Part shown: positions 1-11,577 of the stretch, in pieces | Numbering within the stretch: the stretch's first letter is position 1 | Layout of the letters: the number at the start of each line of letters is the position of its first letter | Assembly: GCA_044378655.1 (NCBI GenBank) | Contig: JBILXJ010000001.1 | Location: 1-50,468 of the forward strand | Length of the DNA: 50,468 bases | DNA from: Candidatus Planktophila sp. | GTDB taxonomy: Bacteria > Actinomycetota > Actinomycetes > Nanopelagicales > Nanopelagicaceae | Reading direction: 5' to 3' | The notes under the pieces: model-generated | What the model was told of the DNA's origin: nothing | Database searches by the model: none | Seen by the model: only the letters and a program-made list of their open reading frames with translations | Program-made: the position numbers and the translations under genes

Positions 1-975
1 GTAAGAGTTAACAGTTGGGTTAGTGAAAGCAAGTAGTGAAGGTGCGTGCTTTAGCAAGCCACCGATATACCAACGTGCCATATCTGAAAGATCGCCATAG
101 CCATCGCCGAAGAACAGTGGCTTGCCATCTTTCCAAAGTGATTGGTGAACGTGCATACCTGAACCATTGTCACCAAAAAGTGGCTTTGGCATGAAGGTCG
201 CAGTCTTGCCACCTTCCCAGGCAACGTTACGAATGATGTACTTGAACTTCATTACATCATCGCCAGCTTGAAGAATGTCGCTGAAGCGATAATTGATTTC
301 CATTTGTCCAGCGGTACCAACTTCGTGGTGTGAACGCTCAACTAGAAGTCCGGCACGACCTAATTCCATAACCATTTCATCGCGAAGATCTGCGAATTGA
401 TCGGTTGGCGAAACTGGGAAATAGCCACCCTTAATGCGAGTACGGTAGCCGCGGTTTGGTGTGCCATCTGCATCGTACTCAACGCCGGTATTCCAAGCGC
501 CTTCGTAAGACTGAATCTCGTGATAAGCCTCGTTGATACCTGTCTTGAAACGAACGCTATCGAAAACATAAAACTCAGCTTCTGGTGCGAAGAACGCAGT
601 ATCTGCAAAACCAAGTGAGCGCATGTAGTCAACTGCCTTAGCAACGACGCCACGTGGGTCACGAGAATAAGCTGAATTATCAACTGGATTGTGAACTGAG
701 AAAATAATTACCAAAGTTTTGTGATCACGGAATGGATCGATGAATGCAGAACTTGGAACTGGCAGCAACTTCATATCTGATTCGTGAATTGATTGGAAAC
801 CACGGATCGAAGAACCATCGAACATCAGACCATCAGTGAAAACAGCTTCGTCAAATGACTCAACTGGAACGTTGAAGTGGTGTTGGATACCTGGCAAATC
901 AGTAAAGCGGACGTCAATGAACTTAACATCTTCTTTCTTGATGTATGCAAAGATTTCTTCTGAATTCTTAAACAT
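1..975 (-). CDS. glnA: Glutamine synthetase type I (GSI-beta), 3' part outside window
   Basis: Not in the ORF track because it runs off the edge. Manual translation from ATG at 975: [37 protein letters not shown]...[21 protein letters not shown]...[12 protein letters not shown]...[31 protein letters not shown] upstream. Confidence 0.97.
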   Translation of the reverse strand, partial: MFKNSEEIFAYIKKEDVKFIDVRFTDLPGIQHHFNVPVESFDEAVFTDGLMFDGSSIRGFQSIHESDMKLLPVPSSAFIDPFRDHKTLVIIFSVHNPVDNSAYSRDPRGVVAKAVDYMRSLGFADTAFFAPEAEFYVFDSVRFKTGINEAYHEIQSYEGAWNTGVEYDADGTPNRGYRTRIKGGYFPVSPTDQFADLRDEMVMELGRAGLLVERSHHEVGTAGQMEINYRFSDILQAGDDVMKFKYIIRNVAWEGGKTATFMPKPLFGDNGSGMHVHQSLWKDGKPLFFGDGYGDLSDMARWYIGGLLKHAPSLLAFTNPTVNSY

Positions 976-1056
976 ATTTCTCCTGTTTTTAAGATGATGG
1001 CTGTTGGAATCAACCGATCGGTTTCCTCGCCTTTGAGGCCGTGCTTTGTGGGTGGA

Positions 1057-1110
1057 AATCTATGCCCCAGCGGTCAAAAGTTCATAACTGTTGTGTTACA
1101 TCGATGTTAA
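1057..1110 (-). promoter_or_regulatory. glnA promoter: -10 TAGATT plus GlnR-like boxes
   Basis: Minus strand TTAAC-n6-GTAAC-n6-GTTAT (1110-1084, 11-bp period, AC-n9-AC pattern) upstream of TAGATT (1062-1057). Resembles the actinobacterial GlnR box gTnAc-n6-GaAAc. Confidence 0.6.
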
Positions 1111-1190
1111 AAATTGCTGGTAACCACTTCTTGTTCCGTTAATGAGCCTATAAATGGGCCGTTGTGCTCTAAATCATCTAGGCTCTCGCC

Positions 1191-1568
1191 ATGACTCACC
1201 CCGAGGGCGTAACGCTTGGTCGCCGACTTGCAGCGATCACAATCGATTGGCTGGCCTCGTATGCGATCGCTTTCGCCTTTTTCGCCGGCGGCGGAAGCTA
1301 TTCCGACCGAATAGTAGGAACGCGCCTTACAACGCCACTAATTTTTGTGGCCGAATACGCCATTTTGGTCTCACTCACTGGAGCTTCCTTCGGACATAGG
1401 TTGCTTAGATTAAAGGTGGTCGATTTCAATCATGGGGGAGCGCCAGGTTTTCGTCAGGTTCTGATCCGAACCGGATTGATGGCGTTAGTGATTACGGCAA
1501 TTACCTATGACGAAGATGGCCGCGGAATTCATGAACGCCTTAGTCGTACAAAACTTGAGCGCGCTTAG
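1191..1568 (+). CDS. RDD family membrane protein
   Basis: LGRRLAAITIDW N-terminus and DGRGIHERL C-terminus; conserved position divergent from glnA in Actinobacteria; TAGGCT 6 nt before the ATG (leaderless). Confidence 0.85.
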   Translation: MTHPEGVTLGRRLAAITIDWLASYAIAFAFFAGGGSYSDRIVGTRLTTPLIFVAEYAILVSLTGASFGHRLLRLKVVDFNHGGAPGFRQVLIRTGLMALVITAITYDEDGRGIHERLSRTKLERA

Positions 1569-1573
1569 AAAAT

Positions 1574-2251
1574 TTAGCGAATCTTCATCCCGCGAGTAGG
1601 CATTGGACCCTTCGGAATTGGCATAGCCATTCCGCCGACTGCCTTGAGGCGAGCTCTAACTTCGCGCATCTGATTAGCAGTTAACTTCTTAGGAAACTTC
1701 TTCATCCGTTTTTGCAATTTACGAAGCGAGACTTGACCTTCTTGATCGCCCACGATTAATTCATATATTGGCACACCTGGTGCATAGCGTTCAGTCTTGC
1801 GTTTTTCATCTTGCAATAGTTGACGTACTGAGTTGCTACCTTCGCCAGTCAGAACAATGCCTGCACGCCCAACTGAGCGATGGACCATATCTTGATTACG
1901 TGAAACTGCAACGGCTGGAGTTGTTGACCAACCTTTACGGATCGACATTAAAACACTTGCCCCTGCTCCGATCTGACCTTCAATCGATGCATAAGCCGCG
2001 GAACCTGCTTGGCGTGTAAAAATAAAGAAAGCTAAAAGTGCTGCAAACGGAGCAGTCACGAAACCAAGGTAAACCGGATGTCCGATTGCGAAACCTATTG
2101 CGATACCAACTGCCCAGGCGGCGAAGAAAATGCCGACCATAGCCGTGCCAATCCAAGGCTTAGCCGCTTTGGTTACTTTGTAGGCATCACGAATCTCTTT
2201 AAATCGAGGTGCCTTGGGTTCGCTGGACTTATTCTTCTTTCGTTTAAACAT
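1574..2251 (-). CDS. DUF4191 family membrane protein
   Basis: Two TM helices, QIGAGASVL, DMVHRSVGRAGIVLTGEG, PIPKGPMP C-terminus; usual lipA-glnA neighbourhood. Confidence 0.85.
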   Translation of the reverse strand: MFKRKKNKSSEPKAPRFKEIRDAYKVTKAAKPWIGTAMVGIFFAAWAVGIAIGFAIGHPVYLGFVTAPFAALLAFFIFTRQAGSAAYASIEGQIGAGASVLMSIRKGWSTTPAVAVSRNQDMVHRSVGRAGIVLTGEGSNSVRQLLQDEKRKTERYAPGVPIYELIVGDQEGQVSLRKLQKRMKKFPKKLTANQMREVRARLKAVGGMAMPIPKGPMPTRGMKIR

Positions 2252-2252
2252 G

Positions 2253-2954
2253 TCAGGAGTTTAGTGGAGCAGGCGCGGTACCACCAAGACGCGCAGGTGC
2301 CCACCGTTGGCCAGCATGGTTATCGGGGTATCGCCCTTGAACTTCATGCAACATTTCGATCAAGGTTGAACGCAATTGCGCCTCGCCAGCTTCAACATCG
2401 GAATCTTTGGCAAAGTGCATTGGTTCGCCGAAAGTCACAAAAATTGGAAACTTATTGCGCTTGAGATTTCGCTTAACGCCCTTAGTCCAAATTCGCTGGC
2501 TACCCCAAACGATGGTGGGGATTACTGGAACCCCAGCGCCCATGGCTAATCGAATAACTCCGCTTTTCAATTCTTTAATTTCAAAGCTGGTCGAAATTGT
2601 GGCCTCTGGAAAGATGCCGATTATCTCGCCGCCCCGAAGAGCGCGAAGGGCTGCAACAAAAGAGGCCGAACCATTAGCTCGATCAACCGAAATATGGTGC
2701 ATTCCGCGCATTAGTGGCCCAGCAAGTTTGTTATCGAAAATTTCTTTCTTCGCCATGAAACGTACGTAACGTTTAACTGGCAGCGCACCTGTGCCGGCTA
2801 AAGCGAAGTCCAAATAACCAACGTGATTTATCGCCAAGATGGCGCCGCCATTGCGAGGAATGTTTACATCACCAGTAAAGGTGAATTTCAGGCCAAGATA
2901 TTTCCAGGCAGTCTTGAGAACTGCAATTACTGGGGGATAAACACGATCAGCCAT
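2253..2954 (-). CDS. Lysophospholipid acyltransferase (PlsC-like)
   Basis: NHVGYLD (HxxxxD), FMAKKE and IFPEAT motifs. Start reassigned to MADRVYPP at 2954, overlapping the lipA stop by 8 bp. Confidence 0.88.
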   Translation of the reverse strand: MADRVYPPVIAVLKTAWKYLGLKFTFTGDVNIPRNGGAILAINHVGYLDFALAGTGALPVKRYVRFMAKKEIFDNKLAGPLMRGMHHISVDRANGSASFVAALRALRGGEIIGIFPEATISTSFEIKELKSGVIRLAMGAGVPVIPTIVWGSQRIWTKGVKRNLKRNKFPIFVTFGEPMHFAKDSDVEAGEAQLRSTLIEMLHEVQGRYPDNHAGQRWAPARLGGTAPAPLNS

Positions 2955-3897
2955 TATTTGTAGCACCATTAAGGGCGGCTTTGGCTTCTTGTGCTTGCTT
3001 ATATAAACGACCAGCGCGATAACTTGATCTAACAAGTGGCCCACTCATTACTCCTGAGAAGCCAATCTCCTTGGCTTCAGTTGCTAACTCAACAAATTCT
3101 TCTGGCTTCACCCAACGAATAACTGGGTGGTGCTTATTTGTAGGGCGCAAGTACTGGGTAATTGTGATTAAGTCACATCCTGCTGCATGTAGATCAACAA
3201 GTGCTTGTGAAACTTCTTCGCGAGTTTCGCCCAAACCAAGAATCAGATTGGACTTAGTAATCAGACCGTAATCTCGCGCCATTGTGATAACTGAAAGCGA
3301 CTTATCGTAAGTAAAAGCTGGGCGAATCTCTTTGAAAATACGAGGCACAGTTTCGAGGTTATGCGCAAATACTTCTGGGCGAGTTTCAAAGATTTGATTT
3401 AGCAACTCTGGGTTTGCATTGAAATCAGGTGCCAACATTTCCACACCAGTGCCTGGATTTAACTCATGCACTTTGCGAATTGTTTCGGCATATAACCAAG
3501 CACCTTCATCGGGTAGATCATCGCGAGTAACGCCAGTGATCGTTGCGTAATTCAATTGCATTTTCTTAATTGATTCAGCGACCTTAGTCGGCTCGTTGCG
3601 ATCAATAGGCAATGGCTTACCAGTATCAATATTGCAGAAATCGCAACGACGAGTACAGCGATCACCGCCAATTAAGAATGTGGCTTCGCGATCTTCCCAG
3701 CACTCAAAAATATTTGGACAAGCCGCTTCTTGGCAGACGGTGTGTAAGCCTTCGCTTTTTACTAGCGAACGCAACTGGGTGTACTCAGGCCCCATGTTGG
3801 CGCGAGTCTTAATCCATTCTGGTTTGCGTTCAATCGGGGTCTCGGCATTGCGCGCCTCAATCCGAAGCATTTTGCGGCCATCGGGTGCAATTGTCAT
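2947..3897 (-). CDS. lipA: Lipoyl synthase
   Basis: [12 protein letters not shown] (CX4CX5C), CTRRCDFC radical-SAM motif, RSSY C-terminal motif. Confidence 0.97.
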   Translation of the reverse strand: MTIAPDGRKMLRIEARNAETPIERKPEWIKTRANMGPEYTQLRSLVKSEGLHTVCQEAACPNIFECWEDREATFLIGGDRCTRRCDFCNIDTGKPLPIDRNEPTKVAESIKKMQLNYATITGVTRDDLPDEGAWLYAETIRKVHELNPGTGVEMLAPDFNANPELLNQIFETRPEVFAHNLETVPRIFKEIRPAFTYDKSLSVITMARDYGLITKSNLILGLGETREEVSQALVDLHAAGCDLITITQYLRPTNKHHPVIRWVKPEEFVELATEAKEIGFSGVMSGPLVRSSYRAGRLYKQAQEAKAALNGATNNG

Positions 3898-4550
3898 GCG
3901 CTCACCTTTGTTAGCACTTCAAAAAGTTCTCGCTCCAGAATCGGTGAAACTTCAGCAATTGTAATCTCGCGGTTTAACTCTCTAGCCATTGACGTAACAT
4001 CGGCATCGGCGATTCCACATGGCACGATCTGATTAAACCCAGCTAAGTCAGGGTTAACGTTAAGTGCAAAGCCATGCATGGTCACACCCTTGGCGACTCT
4101 GATGCCTATGGCTGCAATTTTGCGATCGCCTTTTTCATCGCGTAGCCAAACACCAGAGCGATCTGGATAACGAAGGGCAGCTAAACCAAACTGCTCGCAG
4201 GTATTTATTAGGGCCGTTTCTAATTGGCGCACAAAACCGACTACATCTAAGCGATTAGCTAATTTCACGATCGGATAACCAACCAATTGGCCAGGTCCAT
4301 GCCAAGTGATTTTTCCACCGCGGTCGACCTCAATCACTGGCGTTGAATCAGTGGGACGATCTGTGATTTCAGTACGGCGACCAGCGGTATAAACCGAAGG
4401 ATGCTCAAGCAGTATCAAGGTGTTTGGTCGCTCATCAGCCACAATTTCGGCATGAAATTTACGTTGAATTTTCAGCGCACTCTCATAATCGACTAATCCG
4501 CTTCGAGCTACGGCAATTTGGCCAGTAGTTAGAGCGGCTTGAATGGTCAT
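3894..4550 (-). CDS. lipB: Lipoyl(octanoyl) transferase
   Basis: [50 protein letters not shown]. Start set at ATG 4550, 7 nt after a TAGGCT -10. Confidence 0.95.
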   Translation of the reverse strand: MTIQAALTTGQIAVARSGLVDYESALKIQRKFHAEIVADERPNTLILLEHPSVYTAGRRTEITDRPTDSTPVIEVDRGGKITWHGPGQLVGYPIVKLANRLDVVGFVRQLETALINTCEQFGLAALRYPDRSGVWLRDEKGDRKIAAIGIRVAKGVTMHGFALNVNPDLAGFNQIVPCGIADADVTSMARELNREITIAEVSPILERELFEVLTKVSA

Positions 4551-4633
4551 AGCCAATAGCCTAAAGGTAGAATCACGCTCATTACCAATCGAGGCGACAG
4601 ATAGATAGATCTGGCGCAAAAGGGGCCAGCTAA

Positions 4634-6784
4634 ATGTCAGTTTCACCTGTGGGTACTAGCACCATGCGTTCTAAGCGCAAGCCGATCGCCATCGCGATTT
4701 TGGTTGTAATTGCGTGGTTTGGCGTTACTGGTTTTTTCGGCCCGCTCTTTGGCAAATTATCAACTGTTCAAGAAAATGATAATTCTGCGTTCCTGCCAGA
4801 TAGTGCTGAGTCAACTAAGGCAGTTAAGTTGCTGGAAAGTTTTGCCGCTGGCGAATCTACTGCTTTCCCAACTTTAGTTTTGCTTGAGGGAACTGTTGGG
4901 CCAGAAGTGCTGCAGCAAATTAATGCTCACCTCGAAACTGTGCCAGATCTAAAATTAGGCGAGACTGATATTCCACTTTCGAAATATTTAGTTGCTGGTA
5001 GCAAAATTACGGCTTTCCCAGCTCCAGATGGCACAGCAGTTCTGGCTTCGATTCTCCTAGATGGCGCAGTATTCGCTTCGTTGCTTCCGGATGAAGAACC
5101 AGTCCTTCCCGCAATTGTTAAAGCTTTGCGCGAAGACTTTGAACCTTTCGCAAAGGATCTCGGCTTTGATTCATACGTTACTGGAGCTGGCGGAATATTC
5201 GCTGACCTGTTCGATGCTTTCGGAGATATCGATTCAACTCTGCTATTGACGACGTTAGGTGTTGTTGCATTTATTTTGATTATTGTTTATCGCTCACCAA
5301 TTTTGTGGTTCCTGCCTTTGCTTTCTGCGGTTTTCGCTCTCTCCACTGCGGGCGGAATCATTTATTTGTTAGCCAAAAACAATGTAATTGATGTGAACGG
5401 CCAATCGCAGGGCATTCTCTCGGTTTTGGTTTTAGGCGCTGGAACCGACTATGCACTGCTATTAATTTCGAGATATCGCGAAGAGTTACATCATCATTCA
5501 ACGCCAGTTGCGGCCATGCGAGCTGCCTATAAAGGAACCTTCGAGCCGATTGTCGCTTCGGGTGCAACTGTTGCGCTAGGTCTCTTAGTTCTATTGCTTA
5601 GTGATTTATCTGGTAACCGTGGGCTAGGTCCAATCGGAGCTATTGGTGTTGTAGTCGCGGTAATTACTATGGTGACTTTGCTTCCTGCTTTCTTGGTTCT
5701 ATTTGGTCGTTGGATTTTCTGGCCTCGGATTCCTAGATTCGATGATGCAGACGCGCAACTAACTGGCACTTGGGCCAAGGTCGGAAGTTTAGTCGAACGC
5801 AAACCTCGCAGAGCTTGGGTGATTACTGGTTTATTGCTCGTTGTTTTAGCGGGATTCTCAACTACCTTAAAGACCGATGGGCTTTCAACAACTGAGAGTT
5901 TCGTTGGAAACCCTGAGTCAGTTGTTGGTCAAAAGCTGTTGCTAAACCATTTCCCTGGTGGTGAAGGTGATCCAACTAAAGTTGTTTTAAAGAATGAATT
6001 AATTCCAGCCGTTTCCGAAAAACTTCGAGGGGTTGACGGTGTTGCAACTGTTGCACCAGAAGCAAATGCTGGTGGCGTCATTGTCAAAGACGGCCTTTCT
6101 ATTCTCAATGTCACGTTAGCGGCAGCGCCAGATTCGCGCGAAGCTCGTGACCTAATTCCATCAATTCGTGAAGCTGTGAAGAGTGTTGATGAGTCGATTT
6201 TGGTTGGTGGCACGACGGCGGTCTTCTTCGACACCGATGTGGCTGCTCGTCATGACAATCGAACTGTTATTCCCGTAGTTCTACTCTTAATCACCCTGAT
6301 TTTGGGTCTACTGCTTCGAAGTATTGTGAGTGCTGTATTGCTACTTGGAACAGTTGTGCTCTCGTACTTTGCAACACTTGGAGTATGTGCGCTCGTCTTT
6401 AATCACATCTTCGGCTTTGCAGGGGGAGATGCGTCATTCCCACTCTTCGCCTTTATCTTCTTGGTCGCATTGGGTATTGATTACAACATCTTCTTGATGA
6501 CTCGCGTGCGTGAAGAATCAGGCAAGATAGGTACCAGAAAAGGTGTTATCAAGGGCTTAACAGTTACCGGGTCGGTAATTACATCAGCCGGTATTGTCCT
6601 TGCGGCGACTTTCGGAGTGCTAGGAATCTTGCCTCTGGTATTCCTTGCTCAACTTGGTTTCGCGGTTGCCTTTGGCGTACTGCTAGACACAATTATCGTT
6701 CGCTCGATTTTGGTTCCAGCACTGGTGCACGAAATTGGGCCTAAGGTATGGTGGCCATCTAAGTTATCTAAATCAGCTGACTAG
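4634..6784 (+). CDS. MMPL/RND family membrane transporter
   Basis: Two repeats of TM bundle plus extracytoplasmic domain; [17 protein letters not shown] and [15 protein letters not shown] motifs. Start may be the ATG at 4664. Confidence 0.92.
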   Translation: MSVSPVGTSTMRSKRKPIAIAILVVIAWFGVTGFFGPLFGKLSTVQENDNSAFLPDSAESTKAVKLLESFAAGESTAFPTLVLLEGTVGPEVLQQINAHLETVPDLKLGETDIPLSKYLVAGSKITAFPAPDGTAVLASILLDGAVFASLLPDEEPVLPAIVKALREDFEPFAKDLGFDSYVTGAGGIFADLFDAFGDIDSTLLLTTLGVVAFILIIVYRSPILWFLPLLSAVFALSTAGGIIYLLAKNNVIDVNGQSQGILSVLVLGAGTDYALLLISRYREELHHHSTPVAAMRAAYKGTFEPIVASGATVALGLLVLLLSDLSGNRGLGPIGAIGVVVAVITMVTLLPAFLVLFGRWIFWPRIPRFDDADAQLTGTWAKVGSLVERKPRRAWVITGLLLVVLAGFSTTLKTDGLSTTESFVGNPESVVGQKLLLNHFPGGEGDPTKVVLKNELIPAVSEKLRGVDGVATVAPEANAGGVIVKDGLSILNVTLAAAPDSREARDLIPSIREAVKSVDESILVGGTTAVFFDTDVAARHDNRTVIPVVLLLITLILGLLLRSIVSAVLLLGTVVLSYFATLGVCALVFNHIFGFAGGDASFPLFAFIFLVALGIDYNIFLMTRVREESGKIGTRKGVIKGLTVTGSVITSAGIVLAATFGVLGILPLVFLAQLGFAVAFGVLLDTIIVRSILVPALVHEIGPKVWWPSKLSKSAD

Positions 6785-6802
6785 TAAAAAGCTCGGAGTT
6801 TT

Positions 6803-7819
6803 ATGTCTCTACGAGTAGGTCTAGTTGGTTATGGTTTAGCTGGTCGCACCTTTCACGCCCCGCTATTTAGAGGTTGCGGCCTTGAACTCGTGGCAGTTCT
6901 AACCACAAATCCAGAACGAGTGGGGCATGTTCAAGCTGATTTTCCTGACGCGATCGTCGTTTCGGATATGTCAGAACTTCTTACACATAACTTAGATCTA
7001 GTTGTCATCGCATCGGTTAATTCAGTTCATGTTGAGCAAGCGATTGCCGCACTACATGCTGGTGTTCCAACGGTCGTTGATAAACCGATGGGCCGTAATT
7101 TAACTGAAACACTAGAAATTCTAAAAGCATCTGATGACACAGGTGTGCCGGTAACAGCTTTCTATAACCGCCTCTTTGATTCAGATTCGCTGACCATTAA
7201 ACGAGTCATACAAGAAAATGAAATCGGAAAAGTGTTTCGCATCGATTCTCGCTTTGAACGCTATCGCCCTGATCTAGCTGCGCAATCTTGGCGCGAACAA
7301 AGCAGCGCCGAAGAAGGCGGGGGGCTACTGCTTGATCTGCAATCTCATTTAGTTTCAACTGCCCTTGATTGGTTTGGTCCGGCTGAACTGGTTTCGGCGA
7401 GTGTGCGCAGTATCCGCGGGGCATCTGATGATGATGTGGTCTTAGTCCTAAAACATGAGAGCGGTGTTGATTCTTATCTTTCGACTAGTTCCATAGTCGG
7501 AGCACCTGGACCGCGTATCCGCATGATGGGAACTAATGGTGCACTTGTAATTGGCGAGCTTGATCCGCAGGAAGCTCTTTTACGCGCCGGCAAAGTTCCA
7601 CTTGAGGGCAAATGGGATGTATCGACAAAATCAGCGGCGAAGATAATTCGTGGGGAGGCCGTTAGTGATTTACAAGTTGAAGATGGGAACTATGCGCGGT
7701 TCTACGAACTGGTAGCTGGTGCCATTGCCGGTACAAATGAATGGCCAGTTAGCAAAGCCGAGATAATCGCAGTGGCAGCGATTATTGATCGCGCACGAGA
7801 ACTAAATTTTCGTGAGTAG
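6803..7819 (+). CDS. Gfo/Idh/MocA family oxidoreductase
   Basis: VGLVGYGLAG Rossmann motif, VDKP, GGGLLLDLQSH. Confidence 0.9.
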   Translation: MSLRVGLVGYGLAGRTFHAPLFRGCGLELVAVLTTNPERVGHVQADFPDAIVVSDMSELLTHNLDLVVIASVNSVHVEQAIAALHAGVPTVVDKPMGRNLTETLEILKASDDTGVPVTAFYNRLFDSDSLTIKRVIQENEIGKVFRIDSRFERYRPDLAAQSWREQSSAEEGGGLLLDLQSHLVSTALDWFGPAELVSASVRSIRGASDDDVVLVLKHESGVDSYLSTSSIVGAPGPRIRMMGTNGALVIGELDPQEALLRAGKVPLEGKWDVSTKSAAKIIRGEAVSDLQVEDGNYARFYELVAGAIAGTNEWPVSKAEIIAVAAIIDRARELNFRE

Positions 7820-8978
7820 TCCAGTTGTCGTAATTGGTGCTGGCTTAGCTGGACTTAGCGCCGCACTGCAAATTCAAAAGGCCGACCGCGAAGTAATTGT
7901 TCTGGAAGCTGCAGAGCGAGCTGGCGGACGAGTGCAATCAGATTCTATCGATGGCTTTACTTGCGATCGTGGTTTCCAGCTAATCAATGCGAAGTATCCA
8001 GAGCTAGTTGCGCTGAATGTGTTGGGCGAGCTTGATTTTAGATTTGCCGATCGAGCGATAAATGTGGCTATCGACAATAAGTTACATCGGTTGGGGGATC
8101 CGCGCAGGTATCCCTTTACGGCCTTTGATCAAGCCACTGGATCTATCCTGGAAAAGTTATCTCTGGTTAAAGCTCTCATTGGTAAACCCGAAGCAAATCA
8201 ATCAATCGATAAATATCTAATCAGAGCAGGATTGGGTAAGACCCTTGATCGAGTATTGAAACCGTTTCTGAGAGGTGTTTATCTAACGGATCTCTCAAGT
8301 GTTTTAGCTCCTGCTGGTTTGGAAATAATCAAGACTTTTATTGGCGGTAAACCTGGACTACCACGAGATGGCGTTGGTGCGCTATCGGTTACACTTGCAA
8401 ATCGGGTTAGCGACCTTAGGCTGGGGGTCGCGGTAAATTCGATTAAGGCTGGCAAAGTTTTAACTACCGCCGGCGAAATAGCGGCAAATAAAATAATTGT
8501 CGCAACCGATAGCACGACAGCGGCGCAGTTACTTGATCTCACTTCAGTCACAAAGTTAGCCGCATGTACAACTTGGTATCACAGCGCGCCAACTACGCCG
8601 GTTTCGCATGGGCAACTAATTGTTGATGGTCAAAACAGAGGCGCAGTGATTAACACACTAGTGATCTCGAACTTCATTCCTGAATACGCACCTGTCGGGC
8701 GGAACTTGATTTCCTCAACCACCGATCTAGGAGTCACTGAGTCTGAAGTTCGCCGACATCTCGCGACGATGTACAACTGTGATAATCGCGATTGGGAGCT
8801 AGTTGCTAAATATGAGATTCCGGCGGCGCTTCCGATTGGGGCTATGGCTATTAATCAACCGATTCAAACCCTGGTTCGTGAAGGAATCTATTTAGCAGGT
8901 GACGGCCAAGTAAGCCCGTCGCAAAACGGAGCGCTTAAATCGGGGCGTCTGGCAGCGCTAGCTGTATTAGCTAATTAA
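7812..8978 (+). CDS. FAD-dependent oxidoreductase (amine oxidase / phytoene desaturase superfamily)
   Basis: VIGAGLAGL, LEAAERAGGR, DRGFQL, YLAGD...GALKSG. GTG start overlaps the upstream stop. Confidence 0.88.
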   Translation: MSSPVVVIGAGLAGLSAALQIQKADREVIVLEAAERAGGRVQSDSIDGFTCDRGFQLINAKYPELVALNVLGELDFRFADRAINVAIDNKLHRLGDPRRYPFTAFDQATGSILEKLSLVKALIGKPEANQSIDKYLIRAGLGKTLDRVLKPFLRGVYLTDLSSVLAPAGLEIIKTFIGGKPGLPRDGVGALSVTLANRVSDLRLGVAVNSIKAGKVLTTAGEIAANKIIVATDSTTAAQLLDLTSVTKLAACTTWYHSAPTTPVSHGQLIVDGQNRGAVINTLVISNFIPEYAPVGRNLISSTTDLGVTESEVRRHLATMYNCDNRDWELVAKYEIPAALPIGAMAINQPIQTLVREGIYLAGDGQVSPSQNGALKSGRLAALAVLAN

Positions 8979-9862
8979 TCAACTAACTTTTCGAGTGCCG
9001 ATGAAATATGTGGGTAGTCAAAAGTAAAGCCAGCCTCAGTCAGCGCCTGTGGCATAACCTTCTTTGAGCCAAGCACCTCAGAAGAAAAACCACCGAGAAC
9101 AATCTTGAGCGCAAGTGCTGGAACCGGGAAAAGTGCTGGGCGATGCATTGCGCGAGCGAGACCGGCAGTGAACTCTGAATTAGTAACCGGGTTAGGCGAA
9201 GTCAAATTAACTGGGCCCGAGATCTTGCTCTCCAAAAGAAAAGCGATTGCACGAATTTGGTCATGCAATGTTATCCAAGACCACCATTGCTTGCCGTTAC
9301 TTAACTTCCCACCTAAACCAAAACGAAAGATCGGCAGCATCTTGCCTAACGCTCCGCCGGTTGGATCAAGAACTAAACCTGTGCGAAGTTTTACGGTGCG
9401 CACATCGCCAGCTAAATCGGCAGCAGATTCCCACTCGCGACAAACAGCAGCAAGAAAGTCATCACCTACGCGATCACTTTCAACAACTGCGCGGTTTCCG
9501 CTCTCGCCATACCAGCCAATTGCACTAGCTGAGATGAATACTTGTGGCTTAACTATCGCAACTGCTTTTGCAATGGTGGTAGTTCCGAGCAGACGTGAAT
9601 TTAGAATTTCGCTCTTGTATTTTTTGGTCCAACGTTTATCGCTAACACCAGCACCAGCTAAGTGAATTACCGCATCGACGCCAGCGAGAGCTTCCATATC
9701 AACTGTGCCAGCAGTTGGATCCCAAGTAATTTCTTCAGCTGAAACTGCCGGCCTGCGCACCAGTCGCTGAACGGTGTGACCTTGTGACTTTAGATAACCA
9801 ACTAAAGCGCTACCAATTAGCCCAGAGGCACCAGTAACAGCAATACGTTGTGGGGGCAGCAA
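8975..9862 (-). CDS. TIGR01777 family NAD-dependent epimerase/oxidoreductase
   Basis: IAVTGASGLIG, IHLAGAGV, SASAIGWYG, GLGGKLSNGKQWWSWI; downstream of dlaT as usual. Confidence 0.9.
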   Translation of the reverse strand: MLPPQRIAVTGASGLIGSALVGYLKSQGHTVQRLVRRPAVSAEEITWDPTAGTVDMEALAGVDAVIHLAGAGVSDKRWTKKYKSEILNSRLLGTTTIAKAVAIVKPQVFISASAIGWYGESGNRAVVESDRVGDDFLAAVCREWESAADLAGDVRTVKLRTGLVLDPTGGALGKMLPIFRFGLGGKLSNGKQWWSWITLHDQIRAIAFLLESKISGPVNLTSPNPVTNSEFTAGLARAMHRPALFPVPALALKIVLGGFSSEVLGSKKVMPQALTEAGFTFDYPHISSALEKLVD

Positions 9863-9863
9863 A

Positions 9864-11540
9864 TTAGAGACCTAAATCTGATTCGAAAGCGCCGCCCTCT
9901 AGACGTTCTTTCAAGGTAACTAGGAAGCGAGCCGCATCTGCGCCATCGACAACTCGGTGATCGTAAGAAAGACCCAGGTAGACCATTGAACGAATTGCGA
10001 TCGTTTCGCCGCCATCTTCACCGCGAACCACCATTGGTCGCTTAACGATTGCGCCTAGACCCAAAATGGCAACCTGTGGCTGATTGATAATCGGAGTATC
10101 AAAGAGAGCGCCACGGCTACCGGTGTTAGTTAGCGTGAAAGTTCCGCCACCTAATTCGTCAGGAGTTACTTTGTTATCGCGAGTGCGTGCAGCAAGATCT
10201 GAAATCTTGCGAGCAATGCCGCCCATGTTTAAGTCACCAGCATTGGAAATAACTGGCACTAATAATCCGCGCTCAGTATCTACAGCAATGCCTAAATGTT
10301 CTGCACCGTGATAAGTGATTTGATCGCCTTCAACGGAAGAGTTAAGAACTGGATGTTGCTTGAGTGCTTCGCAAGTTGCAACGGCGAAGAATGGTAGGAA
10401 TGAAAGTTTGACACCTTCGCGCGCTTCGAAACTGGCCTTTGACTTATCGCGCAAGCGAGCAATCTTGGTAACGTCAACTTCAATAACTGTGGTTAGTTGC
10501 GCACTGACTTGCAGCGACTCAACCATACGAGCAGCAATAACTTTGCGCAGACGTGACATGGTCACGGTAGTTCCGCGAAGTGGTGAAACTGCAATTGTTG
10601 GCGCAGAAGTGCGAGCAACCGCTGCAACTGGGGCAGCCGAAACTGGTGCTGTCTTAGCAGGTGCAGCTTGCTCAACATCTTCGCGACGAATTCGGCCACC
10701 GATACCGGTGCCCTTAACAGATGCAAGGTTCACGCCTAGTTCAGAAGCCAATTTGCGAACCAGTGGAGTTACATAAGCATCTGCTGGTTGTGAAATTGGT
10801 GCTGCAACTACTGGAGCTGCAGGTGGTGGAGTTACAACTGGCGCTACAGGTGGGGGAGTCACAACTGGTGCTGCAACTACTGGAGCTGCAGGTGGTGGAG
10901 TTACAACTGGTGCAGCAACGGGAGCAGAACCAGATGCACCAATTAAACCTAAACGTGCACCTACTGCGACAGTGGTATCGATGGGAACATCGATTGCTAA
11001 CAAAATTCCAGCAACAGGTGAAGGAATCTCGGTATCAACTTTGTCAGTAGAAACTTCTAAGAGTGCTTCATCTACAGCTACTGAGTCGCCAACGTTCTTA
11101 AGCCAACGTGTAACTGTGCCTTCGGAAACTGATTCACCAAGAGCTGGCATTGATATGACAGTTCCGGTTCCGCTGGCAGCGGCTGGCGCTGCTGCAACAG
11201 GTGCTGCGGGAACAACTGGCGCAGGTGTTTCAACAACTGGTGCTGCGACAACTGGAGCCGCGACTACGGGGGCTGCCGCAGCTGGTGACGCAGCAGATGC
11301 AGCGCCATCAGCGATGATTGCTAACTCAGCTCCGACTGCAACTGTCTGATCAATTCCAACAACAATCTTTTGCAGAACGCCTGCTACAGGTGAAGGAATC
11401 TCGGTATCAACTTTGTCGGTTGACACTTCAAGGAGTGGCTCGTCGATTGCGACTTGGTCGCCTTCATTCTTGAGCCAACGTGTGACCGTACCTTCGGTAA
11501 CGCTCTCGCCAAGTGCTGGCATTGTTAGTGAGAAGGTCAT
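9864..11540 (-). CDS. dlaT: Dihydrolipoamide acyltransferase E2 (DlaT/SucB) with two lipoyl domains
   Basis: Two MPALGESV...[14 protein letters not shown] lipoyl domains, Ala/Pro linkers, E3-binding TPLVRKLA...GTGIGGRI, catalytic YDHRVVDG. Confidence 0.95.
   Translation of the reverse strand: MTFSLTMPALGESVTEGTVTRWLKNEGDQVAIDEPLLEVSTDKVDTEIPSPVAGVLQKIVVGIDQTVAVGAELAIIADGAASAASPAAAAPVVAAPVVAAPVVETPAPVVPAAPVAAAPAAASGTGTVISMPALGESVSEGTVTRWLKNVGDSVAVDEALLEVSTDKVDTEIPSPVAGILLAIDVPIDTTVAVGARLGLIGASGSAPVAAPVVTPPPAAPVVAAPVVTPPPVAPVVTPPPAAPVVAAPISQPADAYVTPLVRKLASELGVNLASVKGTGIGGRIRREDVEQAAPAKTAPVSAAPVAAVARTSAPTIAVSPLRGTTVTMSRLRKVIAARMVESLQVSAQLTTVIEVDVTKIARLRDKSKASFEAREGVKLSFLPFFAVATCEALKQHPVLNSSVEGDQITYHGAEHLGIAVDTERGLLVPVISNAGDLNMGGIARKISDLAARTRDNKVTPDELGGGTFTLTNTGSRGALFDTPIINQPQVAILGLGAIVKRPMVVRGEDGGETIAIRSMVYLGLSYDHRVVDGADAARFLVTLKERLEGGAFESDLGL
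10797..10910. repeat. Perfect 45-bp direct repeat (69-bp period) in the DlaT Ala/Pro linker
   Basis: tggtgctgcaactactggagctgcaggtggtggagttacaactgg at 10797-10841 and 10866-10910. Confidence 0.9.
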
Positions 11541-11577
11541 CTCTTTATCTCCTTGGTTTCCTGATTGAAATTCTTAA

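Noticed and set aside
360-1013. Short ORFs 360-683, 397-618 and 825-1013
   Set aside because: Shadows of glnA, which occupies 1-975 in another frame and was missed by the ORF track because it runs off the edge.
976-1056. glnA (glutamine) riboswitch in the glnA leader
   Set aside because: Only small hairpins (e.g. gcct-ttg-aggc) are visible; I could not match the known aptamer. An Rfam/Infernal search would settle it.
2955-3044. Long N-terminal extensions in the ORF track (acyltransferase to 3044, lipB 4646, pepA 14607, nadA 18465, receiver 28801, trpD 29216, oppA 39959)
   Set aside because: They overlap neighbouring genes or promoters; downstream starts have an RBS, a -10 or a stop/start overlap and match family N-termini.
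10797-11290. CRISPR-like or mobile repeat array
   Set aside because: Repeats are in-frame Ala/Pro/Val linker codons of dlaT with no unique spacers and no cas genes.
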